64,000 bases of DNA from an uncultured delta proteobacterium (GTDB taxonomy: Bacteria; Desulfobacterota; Binatia; UBA9968). The first letter of the stretch is position 1. Each line of letters opens with the position of its first letter. Position numbers and translations under genes: made by a program. The notes under the pieces were generated by a model. The model was not told the DNA's origin and ran no database searches. It saw only the letters and a list, made by a program, of their open reading frames with translations. Location of the stretch: positions 128,001-192,000 of the forward strand of contig CAVSLC010000023.1 in assembly GCA_963728565.1 (NCBI GenBank). Direction: 5' to 3'. Positions 50,206-59,640 of the stretch are shown piece by piece.

Positions 50206-51733
50206 AGTCTCTGCCGCTGTCATCGGCAGCGGTTTCGGCGGGCTCGCCCTAGCCATCCGTTTGCAAGCAGCCGGTTGTCGCACGGTAATCTTTGAAAAAC
50301 GCGATCAGCCAGGAGGCCGGGCGTATGTTTATCGCGACCAGGGGTTTACGTTCGATGCCGGACCAACGGTGATTACAGCTCCCGATTGTTTAACAGAGCT
50401 TTTTACCTTGGCAGCAAGATCAATGGCTGATTATGTCACGCTGCTGCCGGTTAAACCTTTTTATCGTCTATTCTGGCAGGACGGTTTTAGCTTCGATTAT
50501 TCGGCCGATCTGGCCGATGTCGAGCGACAGATCGCCAGCAAAGCACCGGGGGATCTGCACGGTTACAGGAGCTTTCTGAGATATTCCGAGAGAGTTTTCG
50601 AAGAAGGATATGTGAAGCTGGCGCATGTGCCATTTCTGGATTGGTCGAGTATGGCGAAGGTAGCGCCGCAACTGCTCCGGCTCAAAGCTTATCGATCGGT
50701 GCATAGTATTGTCGCCAAGTTTATTCAAGATCCGCATCTTCGACAGCTTTTTAGCTTTCACCCTCTGCTCGTCGGCGGCAATCCGTTTACCACCACGTCG
50801 ATCTATACGTTAATTCATTGTTTGGAACGGAAATGGGGCGTGTTTTTCCCCAGAGGCGGCACCGGCGCACTCGTGCAGGGAATGCTGAAGCTGTTTCAGG
50901 AATTGGGCGGGAGAATTCGATTGGAGTCGGAGGTATCCGAGATTCTAACCCGCGGCAATCGTGTTGTCGGGATCGCGACCAAAACCGGCGAGAAACACGA
51001 GTGTGATTTAGTGGCCAGTAACGCCGATGTGGTTCATACCTACGATCGCCTTCTGCGTCGCGAGCCGAAAATCCAGCGCACGCGCAAAAGATTGGCCGCC
51101 ATGTCTTACAGCATGTCGTTGTTTTTGATCTACTTCGGTACGCGTCGCCAGTATTCAAACCTGCAACACCACAACATCATCTTTGGACCGCGTTACCGGG
51201 AGCTTCTGAAGGACATATTCCGCCGCGGTCGGTTGGCAGATGACTTCTCGCTTTACCTGCATGCGCCGACACGATCCGATCCGTCGCTGGCGCCGCCGGG
51301 TTGCGAAGCCTTCTATGTGCTATCTCCCGTGCCTCATTTGGGCAAGCTGTCGGTGGACTGGAGCGTGGAAGGGCCGCGTTATGCCGAGCGAATCCTAGAG
51401 TATCTTGAGCGGCATTACATTCCAAACCTGCGCAATGAGATTGTCACGCAACGGATTTTTACTCCGCAGGATTTTCACTCAGAGCTGAATGCCCATTTTG
51501 GATCGGCGTTTTCACTGGAACCTCGTTTGATGCAGAGTGCGTATTTTCGGGTTCAGAATCGTGACGCAAATCTCATCGGCTTGTATCTTGTCGGCGCCGG
51601 GACCCATCCCGGGGCAGGAATTCCCGGCGTCGTAAACTCTGCCAAGGCCACCGCCGGGCTTATTCTGGATGACATCAGAAAAGCTGTGTTAGTGCGCAGT
51701 TCCAACCAGGTGCAGAGATTATCCTATGCCTGA
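50198..51733 (+). CDS. crtI: Phytoene desaturase
   Basis: VIGSGFGGLALAIRLQAAG, GGRA..FTFDAGPTVIT, LLVGGNPF, YLVGAGTHPGAGIPGV. Confidence 0.96.
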   Translation: MDRVSAAVIGSGFGGLALAIRLQAAGCRTVIFEKRDQPGGRAYVYRDQGFTFDAGPTVITAPDCLTELFTLAARSMADYVTLLPVKPFYRLFWQDGFSFDYSADLADVERQIASKAPGDLHGYRSFLRYSERVFEEGYVKLAHVPFLDWSSMAKVAPQLLRLKAYRSVHSIVAKFIQDPHLRQLFSFHPLLVGGNPFTTTSIYTLIHCLERKWGVFFPRGGTGALVQGMLKLFQELGGRIRLESEVSEILTRGNRVVGIATKTGEKHECDLVASNADVVHTYDRLLRREPKIQRTRKRLAAMSYSMSLFLIYFGTRRQYSNLQHHNIIFGPRYRELLKDIFRRGRLADDFSLYLHAPTRSDPSLAPPGCEAFYVLSPVPHLGKLSVDWSVEGPRYAERILEYLERHYIPNLRNEIVTQRIFTPQDFHSELNAHFGSAFSLEPRLMQSAYFRVQNRDANLIGLYLVGAGTHPGAGIPGVVNSAKATAGLILDDIRKAVLVRSSNQVQRLSYA

Positions 51734-52679
51734 AGCAATGTCGCCGAGAGTCAAAGCGGCGTTGGACGAATGCCGCTGGATGATCACCAAAGGTTCGAAA
51801 AGTTTTTCGCTCGCAGCTCGGCTTTTTGATTCGGGCACCAGGGATGCGGCGTTTTTTCTTTATGGCTGGTGCCGTTACTGTGATGATCAGGTGGATCGGG
51901 CGGGAATGGAGGAGAGCCGCGAACAACTTGAACAGCGCCTAGCCAAGCTCTCTGAGGCCACTCGGTCGGTCTTTTCTGGCGCCGCTCAGGATCAAGCGGT
52001 ATTTATCGCGATGCAGTACATCGTCCAACGCTATTCGATTCCAGCTCATTATGCGTTGGAACTAATCGAAGGAATGGCGATGGATGCTCGTGGTACCCGG
52101 TACCAGACATTTAATGATCTTGCACTTTATTGTTACCGCGTGGCCGGAACCGTCGGATTAATGATGTCTCACGTGATGGGGCTGCGCGATGAGCAGGCGC
52201 TTAAGCACGCAGCAGACCTTGGAATTGCAATGCAGCTTACCAACATTGCCCGGGATATTACCGAAGACGCATCAATGAGGAGAATATATCTGCCTTTGAA
52301 ATGGTTAGAAGAAGCAGGTGTAGAGCCGGAAGAGATCGCCGCGGTAAAAAATCGCCCAAAACTGGCGCTAATAACGAAGCGGCTCCTTCAGGAAGCGGAA
52401 CGGTATTATCTTTCAGGAGATGCCGGCTTGTGGCACTTGTCGTTTCGTTCCGCTTGCGCCGTTGCGGCGGCGCGGCATGTTTATGCCGAAATCGGTTCAC
52501 TTCTTCTGCATAAAGGGCCGTCGGCTTGGGACCAGCGGAGCTATGTTACGGGCGCGCGTAAACTTTGGGTCATACTCTTCGGGGTGCTTCACGTAATCAC
52601 TTCTATCCCGGCTCGATTGATGCGGCCATGGTCTGCCGCGCCAATTCATCGGGTCTGGCGGCATTCAGAACTCAGGTGA
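51726..52679 (+). CDS. crtB: Phytoene synthase
   Basis: GSKSFSLAARL, LYGWCRYCDD, YCYRVAGTVG, LGIAMQLTNIARD. Confidence 0.96.
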   Translation: MPEAMSPRVKAALDECRWMITKGSKSFSLAARLFDSGTRDAAFFLYGWCRYCDDQVDRAGMEESREQLEQRLAKLSEATRSVFSGAAQDQAVFIAMQYIVQRYSIPAHYALELIEGMAMDARGTRYQTFNDLALYCYRVAGTVGLMMSHVMGLRDEQALKHAADLGIAMQLTNIARDITEDASMRRIYLPLKWLEEAGVEPEEIAAVKNRPKLALITKRLLQEAERYYLSGDAGLWHLSFRSACAVAAARHVYAEIGSLLLHKGPSAWDQRSYVTGARKLWVILFGVLHVITSIPARLMRPWSAAPIHRVWRHSELR

Positions 52680-52717
52680 TCTGGGAGAAATATTAATCGT
52701 AGCAGGGAGATTGCCCG

Positions 52718-53563
52718 ATGCACTATATCCCATGGCTGTGTTTAATCGTCCAGGGCGCCATCGTCGCTGCTAGTTTGCTGGGCTACGGTATCTTCACTTC
52801 TCGTCCCGAGCTTCTGATGCAACTCGACCCAGGCGCGCGTTTTTTTACTTGGGCTTTTTATGGATTTGCCGTCGGCAATATGCTGTTCGGCGGTTTTGCT
52901 GTCATGGCAGAAGCGTTTTTGCGTGATCGGACGAGCGGTCTATGGGCCTTTGCCTTGATCTATTCGGTCAGTCTTGTCAGCGAACTACTTGGCACTACGT
53001 ACGGAATCCCATTTGGCGCGTATTCCTATACCGCGCTGCTCGGTTTTAAATGGTTCGATCGCGTGCCGCTCTTGATTCCATTGAGCTGGTTCACGATGAG
53101 TTGGGCCTGCTGGGTAATTGCGCGGCAGCGCAGGGACGGGCGTTCGGCCGTAATTCTCGCCACGGCTCTCTTGGTCGCGTGGGATCTTTTGCTCGACCCG
53201 GCGATGAGCAAAGTCACCAGTTACTGGATCTGGGGGCAAAGCGGCACCTACTACGGGATGCCCTGGATGAACTTGCTCGGCTGGGGCGTTACCGGGTTAG
53301 TGCTATTCGTCATACTCTCCAAAATTGCGCCAGCGCCGCATAGCGAGCTGAGATTTGCAATTTCGGTATACATCATCAATTTCGCTTTGCCGCTCGGATT
53401 CTGTGTGTTGAATCAGTATTGGTTGGCGGTTTGGGCGGGTTTGGGCGCTATCGCAATTGCTTTTCTCGTGTTCGGCAGGAACGGAAGCACATTAGCGGCG
53501 CGCGAGCTGCGAGACCTGGGTCCGTCTGGCAGAGCGAGGGCATTGTCTTCACAAGGAGAATGA
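52718..53563 (+). CDS. cruF: CruF-type carotenoid 1,2-hydratase (DUF422 family)
   Basis: SELLGT.YG.PFGAYSY..LG...VP..IPLSW, AWDL.LDPAM, YW.W...YYGMP..N..GW; multi-TM. Confidence 0.85.
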   Translation: MHYIPWLCLIVQGAIVAASLLGYGIFTSRPELLMQLDPGARFFTWAFYGFAVGNMLFGGFAVMAEAFLRDRTSGLWAFALIYSVSLVSELLGTTYGIPFGAYSYTALLGFKWFDRVPLLIPLSWFTMSWACWVIARQRRDGRSAVILATALLVAWDLLLDPAMSKVTSYWIWGQSGTYYGMPWMNLLGWGVTGLVLFVILSKIAPAPHSELRFAISVYIINFALPLGFCVLNQYWLAVWAGLGAIAIAFLVFGRNGSTLAARELRDLGPSGRARALSSQGE

Positions 53564-53686
53564 CGGCAAATTGCAATTGAAGAACCAACGTTGTCAGGGT
53601 AAATTGCAGGATAATTTGGTTTTTATACATTCACGCAGTTTAACGAGCCTGCTCACCGCCATTACGTCGCATGAGGATCCAACCCG

Positions 53687-54621
53687 GTGACTCAGTCTGA
53701 ACTGGCCGACTATCTTCAAAAGCAGCGGACGGCCATCGATCGCGCTCTCGAGCAGTTTCTGAAGAGTCTATGGCGGACAGACGCAAGCAATTCTTAAGGC
53801 CATGCGATATGGGCTGTTTCCCGGCGGCAAACGAATTCGCCCGATCCTCACATTAACGGCGGGTGAAATGTTCGGCGCTAAACAGAAAGAGCTTATGCCG
53901 TTTGCATGCGCCGTGGAGTTGATCCACGCTTATTCGATTATTCACGACGATCTGCCGGCGATGGATAATGATGATTTGCGCCGCGGCGAACCCACCGCAC
54001 ATAAAGTGTTTGGCGAAGGAATGGCTTTGCTGGCGGGAGATGGTCTGCTCACCGAGGCTTTTCATTTGATCTCCGGTCCAGAAGTCAGGCGGCTGCCTGC
54101 CGAGTTGGTGCTCCGTCTAATTCACGAATTATCCCATGCAGCCGGTGTGGCGGGCTTGGTTGGCGGCCAGGCAGTCGATTTAGAATCGGAAAACAAAGAC
54201 GTCGATCTTGCTACGGTCGAGTATATCCATGTCCGAAAGACCGGCGCTCTGATTCTTGCCGCGCTTCGCATCGGCGCCGAGATTGCGGGTGCAAAGACTG
54301 GTGAGTTGCGAAGGCTTTCCAAATTCGGCGAGTATTTAGGATTGGCCTTTCAAATCGCTGACGACGTTCTCGATAATATCGGAGAAACCAATGCTGGCGA
54401 GGGCGCCGAGTCGGGTCGCAATGAGCTCAAGAAGGCGACCTATCCATCAGTGGTCGGAATCGTTCAAGCGAACCGAACGCTTGCAGGAATTGTTGAAATT
54501 GTGCGATCGGGAGCTGTTATCCTTCGGCGAGAGCGCGGCACCGCTCCGGGCGATCGCAAAAAATGTCATTGCACGGGCCGTCCAGGATAGAGGCAGAGCG
54601 GCAGAGGAGAGTATTTCATAA
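53687..54621 (+). CDS. ispA: Farnesyl diphosphate synthase IspA; frameshifts near 53768 and 54470
   Basis: AMRY...GGKRIRP, IHDDLPAMDNDDLRRG, GGQAVD, KTG, FQIADD, KATYP; directly before dxs. Confidence 0.92.
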
Positions 54622-56538
54622 ATGGCTAACTTGCTTGACGGCGTCGAGTACCCCAAAGACATTCGCGGTTTGACGCTTGATGAACTCAATCAACTCGCAG
54701 CCGAAATACGTCAGGAAGTGATCTCGGTTGTTTCAGAAGTGGGCGGACACTTCGCTTCCACCCTCGGCGCCGTGGAGCTTACTCTTGCGCTTCACTATGT
54801 GTTCAACACGCCCGAAGATCGGATCGTTTGGGATACGGGACACCAGGCCTATGCGCACAAGCTCATCTGCGGGCGCCGCAGCCGACTTGCGACCATCCGC
54901 CAATTTGGCGGTCTCAGTGGTTTTTTGAGTCGGGATGAGAGCGAGTACGACGTTTTTGGCGCGGGCCATGCGGGCACTTCCATCTCAGCCGCGCTCGGTA
55001 TGGTCGAGGCGAAAACGCTCGAGTCATCTTCCCGCAAGGTGGTTGCGGTGATCAGCGATGGCGGCTTGAGCGCGGGATTGACTTACGAAGGTTTAAACCA
55101 GGCCGGGCATTTGGAGAAGGATCTGATTGTGGTTCTCAATGACAACGCCATCTTCATCGATCCGCGGGTCGGTGCGGTGTCGTCTTTTTTGAGCAAGCAA
55201 TTTACTACCGATGCTGGCCTGCGATTGCAAAAAAATCTCTCCACGCTTTTACGAACTCTGCCCAAGGGCGAAAACCTGTTTCATCTGGCGCGAAAAGTCA
55301 AGGAATCTTTTCTCGGCTTGGTGACGCCTGGATTTCTCTTTGAAAGCCTTGGTTTCCAGTATGTCGGTCCCATCGACGGTCATAATATCGAAGAAATGAT
55401 CACGACTCTGGAGAACGTTAAGAAAATAGAGAAGCCAACTCTAGTCCATGTCCTGACGACCAAGGGAAAAGGTTATCCGCCTGCTGAAAAAGAGCCGGTA
55501 AAATTTCATGGCGTGACTCCTTTTCACGTTCTTACGGGGAAACCGAAAAAAGGCAAAGGTGCGATCCCAACGTACACGGATATTTTCGGCGAATCGTTGG
55601 TTCGGCTGGCGAAGGAAAATCCCAAAGTCATCGGTATTACCGCAGCGATGGGAAGCGGGACAGGAATCGATAAATTTTCGCGCGAGATTCCGAACAGATC
55701 TTACGATGTCGGCATTGCCGAACAGCATGCGGTTACCTTTGCGGCGGGCATGGCGACCGAGGGATTCGTACCGGTCGTGGCGATCTACTCGACTTTTCTG
55801 CAAAGAGGATATGACGAGATCTTGCACGACGTCTGCTTACAAAATTTGCATGTTGTCTTTGCTCTCGATCGCGGCGGTCTGGTGGGCGCGGATGGCCCGA
55901 CGCATCACGGCGTTTTCGATTTCGCCTATATGCGTTCGATTCCAAATATCGTCATCATGGCGCCAAAGGATGAGAATGAGCTGCAACATATGTTGAAAAC
56001 TGCGGTTGAGTATTCGGGGCCTATTTCAATTCGTTATCCAAGAGGCGAGGGCTGCGGTGTCGAAATGGATGCGCAGATGAAAAATTTAGAAATAGGCAGG
56101 GCTGAACTGCTCAGGGACGGACGCGATGTGGTGATCGCGGCCGTGGGCCAGACCGTCATGCCGGCGTTGAGAGCAGCCCAGGACCTGGTTTCTTTGGGAA
56201 TCGATGCGGCCGTGGTGAACGCTCGGTTCGTCAAGCCGCTGGACCGAGTTCTGTTCCGAGATTTGTTGCTGCGCGTGCCTCGTTTGATCACGGTGGAAGA
56301 TCACACGGTGGTCGGCGGCTTCGGCAGCGCGCTGTTGGAATTGATGGCTGAAGAAGGGATCACCGGAGTAGAGGTTAGGCGTCTGGGCGTGCCCGACCGC
56401 TTCGTTACGCATGGGACTCAGGACGAATTGAGAAAACTATGCGGCTTCGACAAGGAGGGCATTGCTCAATCGGCATTACAGATCGTGCGGCGCGCAAAAA
56501 GGAAAAGTAGAGAGGGATGGGAAAGAGGGAGCGCCTAG
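54622..56538 (+). CDS. dxs: 1-deoxy-D-xylulose-5-phosphate synthase
   Basis: GGHFASTLG, WDTGHQAY.HK, GPIDGH, GIAEQHAV, GADGPTH. Confidence 0.98.
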   Translation: MANLLDGVEYPKDIRGLTLDELNQLAAEIRQEVISVVSEVGGHFASTLGAVELTLALHYVFNTPEDRIVWDTGHQAYAHKLICGRRSRLATIRQFGGLSGFLSRDESEYDVFGAGHAGTSISAALGMVEAKTLESSSRKVVAVISDGGLSAGLTYEGLNQAGHLEKDLIVVLNDNAIFIDPRVGAVSSFLSKQFTTDAGLRLQKNLSTLLRTLPKGENLFHLARKVKESFLGLVTPGFLFESLGFQYVGPIDGHNIEEMITTLENVKKIEKPTLVHVLTTKGKGYPPAEKEPVKFHGVTPFHVLTGKPKKGKGAIPTYTDIFGESLVRLAKENPKVIGITAAMGSGTGIDKFSREIPNRSYDVGIAEQHAVTFAAGMATEGFVPVVAIYSTFLQRGYDEILHDVCLQNLHVVFALDRGGLVGADGPTHHGVFDFAYMRSIPNIVIMAPKDENELQHMLKTAVEYSGPISIRYPRGEGCGVEMDAQMKNLEIGRAELLRDGRDVVIAAVGQTVMPALRAAQDLVSLGIDAAVVNARFVKPLDRVLFRDLLLRVPRLITVEDHTVVGGFGSALLELMAEEGITGVEVRRLGVPDRFVTHGTQDELRKLCGFDKEGIAQSALQIVRRAKRKSREGWERGSA

Positions 56539-57263
56539 ATCTTTTGCTGGTACAGCGCGAATTAGTCTCCAGCCGTGAAGAGGGACGGCGCAGGATCCTC
56601 GCAGCTGAAGTGCTGGTAAACGAGCAACCGTTGACAAAAGCAGGCGCGTTGGTCGATCAAGCCGCCGAAGTCCGGCTTAAAGCAGGTTCGCCTTATGTGA
56701 GTCGTGGCGGCTTGAAACTGGAAAAGGCGCTTCGCCAATTTCAGATTGACGTAAAAGATAAAGTGGCTTTGGATGTTGGCGCCTCAACCGGCGGGTTTAC
56801 GCATTGCCTGTTATCTCATGGCGCGCGTCGGGTATACGCGGTCGACTGTGGCTATGGTCAGCTCGATTGGACGCTCAGAAACGATCCACGTGTGGTAGTT
56901 CTGGAACGGAGAAACATTCGTTACCTTGAAGCTTTTGATTTGCCGAGCCTAGCGGCCTTCGCGACGATCGATGTCTCGTTCATTTCATTACGCTTGGTTC
57001 TTCCTAAAGTTAAGACTCTACTATCGCGCGGAGGCGAGATAATCGCGCTGATCAAACCTCAGTTTGAGGTTGGCAAAGGCAAGGTCGGCAAGGGTGGCGT
57101 GGTCCGATCTAGCGCAGAACACCTGCGTGTGATCGAAGAAATCAAGCAGTCGGCAACAAGCTTGGGCTTCACGGCTCAAGATGTAACCGAATCACCACTG
57201 CTCGGCCCCAAAGGCAATAAGGAGTTCCTAATTCATTTGACTGATCCGGATTCCCGAACCTAA
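56517..57263 (+). CDS. tlyA: TlyA-family RNA methyltransferase
   Basis: RLD S4-like start, YVSRGGLKL, LDVGASTGGFT, IDVSFISL, LIKPQFE, GPKGNKEF. Confidence 0.95.
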   Translation: MGKRERLDLLLVQRELVSSREEGRRRILAAEVLVNEQPLTKAGALVDQAAEVRLKAGSPYVSRGGLKLEKALRQFQIDVKDKVALDVGASTGGFTHCLLSHGARRVYAVDCGYGQLDWTLRNDPRVVVLERRNIRYLEAFDLPSLAAFATIDVSFISLRLVLPKVKTLLSRGGEIIALIKPQFEVGKGKVGKGGVVRSSAEHLRVIEEIKQSATSLGFTAQDVTESPLLGPKGNKEFLIHLTDPDSRT

Positions 57264-57317
57264 CTACAGCCATCGCGCGGTTTCAATTCACGCATCGTCT
57301 GCTAACCTGTCCTATGT

Positions 57318-58046
57318 ATGGCAAAGTTTCTGCGCATCGCCCATCGCGGCGCGTCTGGGAGCTTCCCGGAAAACACCTGCCTAGCTGTTGAAAAAGCCAT
57401 TGAAGCCCGTGCCGATATGATCGAGTTGGACTGCCAATTGTCCAGCGACGGTCATGTGGTCATTTTTCACGATGAGCGGCTTGTTCGCATCACCGGCGCG
57501 GGAGGTGTCGTTAACCGCACGCCTTTAGAGCAGCTCAAGAGATTGGATGCCGGGGGGTGGCGAAAAGCCGCATTCAAAGGGGAACGGATCCCGACTTTGG
57601 AGGAGGTTGTCGCGCTGGTCGGCGGCGAGGCTGAGCTCTGCCTCGATATCAAACAATACCCGGGTTCTCCGCCCGGCATTGAACTAAAGCTGCTTTTCAT
57701 TCTTAGCCACTACGATTATCTCGATCGAACAATCATTTCCTCCTTCGACTATGATTGCCTTCGCAGGGTGCGTGAACTGGGTCCAGAAGCGCGGTTGGGC
57801 GTGATTTACGGTACCGGAATCGAAGAGAACCCATTTGTGATAGCTGCAGAAATCGAAGCTGCGTCTTTGCACGTGCAGAAAGAACTTGCGAGCCGCGAGT
57901 TCTTACAAACGGGTTGGGAGTTGGGGCTGGATGCTTTCGTGTGGACAGTGAACGAGCTGCGAGAGATGGAAGATTTCGCCTCATTGGGTGTTCAGGGAAT
58001 CATGACCGATTTCCCGGAGCGGTTTTGGCGCCTGGAGAAGCGATGA
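57318..58046 (+). CDS. Glycerophosphodiester phosphodiesterase
   Basis: IAHRGAS..PENT, IELD, HD, IPTLEE, WTVN, GIMTD.P. Confidence 0.93.
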   Translation: MAKFLRIAHRGASGSFPENTCLAVEKAIEARADMIELDCQLSSDGHVVIFHDERLVRITGAGGVVNRTPLEQLKRLDAGGWRKAAFKGERIPTLEEVVALVGGEAELCLDIKQYPGSPPGIELKLLFILSHYDYLDRTIISSFDYDCLRRVRELGPEARLGVIYGTGIEENPFVIAAEIEAASLHVQKELASREFLQTGWELGLDAFVWTVNELREMEDFASLGVQGIMTDFPERFWRLEKR

Positions 58047-58146
58047 AAGCTCATCGCTCTTAGCGCGTAATTCGGCGCTACGAGACTGTCTGTCGATAGT
58101 ACTTGTTTTATGCTCGAAAAATAGCGGAGTTAGGTCGGTGAATTGC

Positions 58147-58174
58147 TTGACTTGAGGCGTATTTAGGATAAAAT
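58147..58174 (+). promoter_or_regulatory. Putative sigma70 promoter of the rpsU operon
   Basis: TTGACT (58147-58152), 16 nt, TAAAAT (58169-58174). Confidence 0.55.
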
Positions 58175-58216
58175 TGCAGTCCCATACGTGGTCAGAGATC
58201 GGGGGTGATTCAATCC

Positions 58217-58411
58217 ATGACCGGTGTTCGAGTTAGAGAAAATGAATCCATCGAAAGTGCCATCAGGCGTTTCAAAAAGCTTTGTGAGAAAGCGGGCATT
58301 TTGGCGGAGTTGCGAAAGCGGGAACATTACGAAAAACCCAGTGTTAAAAGAAAGAAGAAAGCCATAGCGGCTAAGAAACGTGCGTTACGGCGAGTGCGTC
58401 ATTCTTTTTAA
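58217..58411 (+). CDS. rpsU: 30S ribosomal protein S21
   Basis: [35 protein letters not shown]. Confidence 0.97.
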   Translation: MTGVRVRENESIESAIRRFKKLCEKAGILAELRKREHYEKPSVKRKKKAIAAKKRALRRVRHSF

Positions 58412-58458
58412 TCGTCTGGAGCTTTCGTGTCTACTTACCCTATAAAAAGAAATTCGTC

Positions 58459-58908
58459 ATGCAGTTAAAGGCCGAAATTCAGGACTCTATAAGGTCGGCC
58501 ATGAAAAGCGGTGATAAGATCACGCTGGAAAGTTTAAGGCTCGTACTGGCGGCTATAAAGAACGAGGAGATCAAATCTCGGAGAGAGCTCACAACCGATG
58601 AGATCCAACGGACGATTTCGACGCTCTGCAAACAGCGTTCGGAGTCCATTGAGATGTTTCAAAAAGGCGGTCGCAGCGATCTCGTGGAAAAAGAGCAAGC
58701 CGAGTTGAAAGTTCTTCACCGTTTCCTACCTGAGCCTCTGAGCGAGGACGAGATAATCTCGGCGATTCGGATCACAATCCGGGAGTCGGGCGCGCAAGGT
58801 TTGCAAGATCTTGGCAAAGTCATGAAAGAAGTGATGCCAAAGGTGAGCGGCCGAAGCGATGGCAAAAGAGTCAATGAGCTGGCCCGAGAAATACTTCGTG
58901 GCGCCTGA
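58459..58908 (+). CDS. GatB/YqeY-domain protein
   Basis: AMKSGDK..LR, KQRSESIE.F.KGGR.DL, DLGKVMK, GRSDG. Confidence 0.92.
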   Translation: MQLKAEIQDSIRSAMKSGDKITLESLRLVLAAIKNEEIKSRRELTTDEIQRTISTLCKQRSESIEMFQKGGRSDLVEKEQAELKVLHRFLPEPLSEDEIISAIRITIRESGAQGLQDLGKVMKEVMPKVSGRSDGKRVNELAREILRGA

Positions 58909-58966
58909 ATGCTTATAGGGCACGTTCTCTTTACCTTCACATCGAACAATCAATGGCCGCTCCTTT

Positions 58967-58994
58967 GCTGCTCAGCGGCGTTGAGCAGCTTTTT
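58967..58994 (+). terminator. Intrinsic terminator between yqeY and cvpA-dnaG
   Basis: GCTGCTCAGC-GGC-GTTGAGCAGC followed by TTTTT; position analogous to the rpsU/dnaG terminator of the macromolecular-synthesis operon. Confidence 0.7.
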
Positions 58995-59098
58995 GCCAGA
59001 AGAATGTCACCCCTGCTCTTAATGCCTCGAAGGAACCGATGCTTCGAATGGTGGCGTTTACGATTAGCGAGAGTTAACAAGACGGATGGCTGTCACCG

Positions 59099-59632
59099 GT
59101 GAACATCGTCGATATTATCCTGCTGTCCCTTCTTTTTCTTTTTGGGTTGCGAGGTTTTGTCAAAGGTTTTTTCCGAGAGATATTTTCGCTCGCGGGGCTG
59201 ATAGTTGGCTTCATGGCAGCTGCGCGGTATAACCACACTGTAGCAACGCTCAGCCAAGAGTATTGGAAAATTTCTCCATTTATCCTCAAGGGAGCTTCTT
59301 TTGTCGGGATCTTTTTTGCCGTCTATCTCTGTTTTAACTTTTTGGGCTGGTTTTTTCATAATTCTGAGAAGTTTCTCTTTCTGCAGACATTGAATCGAGC
59401 GGGCGGTATTGTTATTGGAATCGTTAAGGGTGCGGCAGTCATGGCGTTAATCGTTTTTTTTATGAGCTCCGCGTCTTGGATTCCACCTTCTGTTAGTGAA
59501 AAAATCAAGGCTTCTGTTTTGGTCCCATCCTTATCCCGATTAGCCGAACTTATTATTCGTGTCGGAAAAGAAAGGATCTTGACGACAGAGGACAATCGGG
59601 TGCGACTGTTAAGTCAAACCCGGGTCTTATAA
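59099..59632 (+). CDS. CvpA-family membrane protein
   Basis: N.VDII.....GLRGFVKGFFREI.SL.G, LNR.GG..IG..KG. Confidence 0.88.
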   Translation: MNIVDIILLSLLFLFGLRGFVKGFFREIFSLAGLIVGFMAAARYNHTVATLSQEYWKISPFILKGASFVGIFFAVYLCFNFLGWFFHNSEKFLFLQTLNRAGGIVIGIVKGAAVMALIVFFMSSASWIPPSVSEKIKASVLVPSLSRLAELIIRVGKERILTTEDNRVRLLSQTRVL

Positions 59633-59640
59633 GTTGCCGC

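Noticed and set aside
43659-53571. GGCAAAT at both ends of the carotenoid block as a target-site duplication
   Set aside because: A 7-bp match can arise by chance, and there is no mobility gene or terminal inverted repeat.
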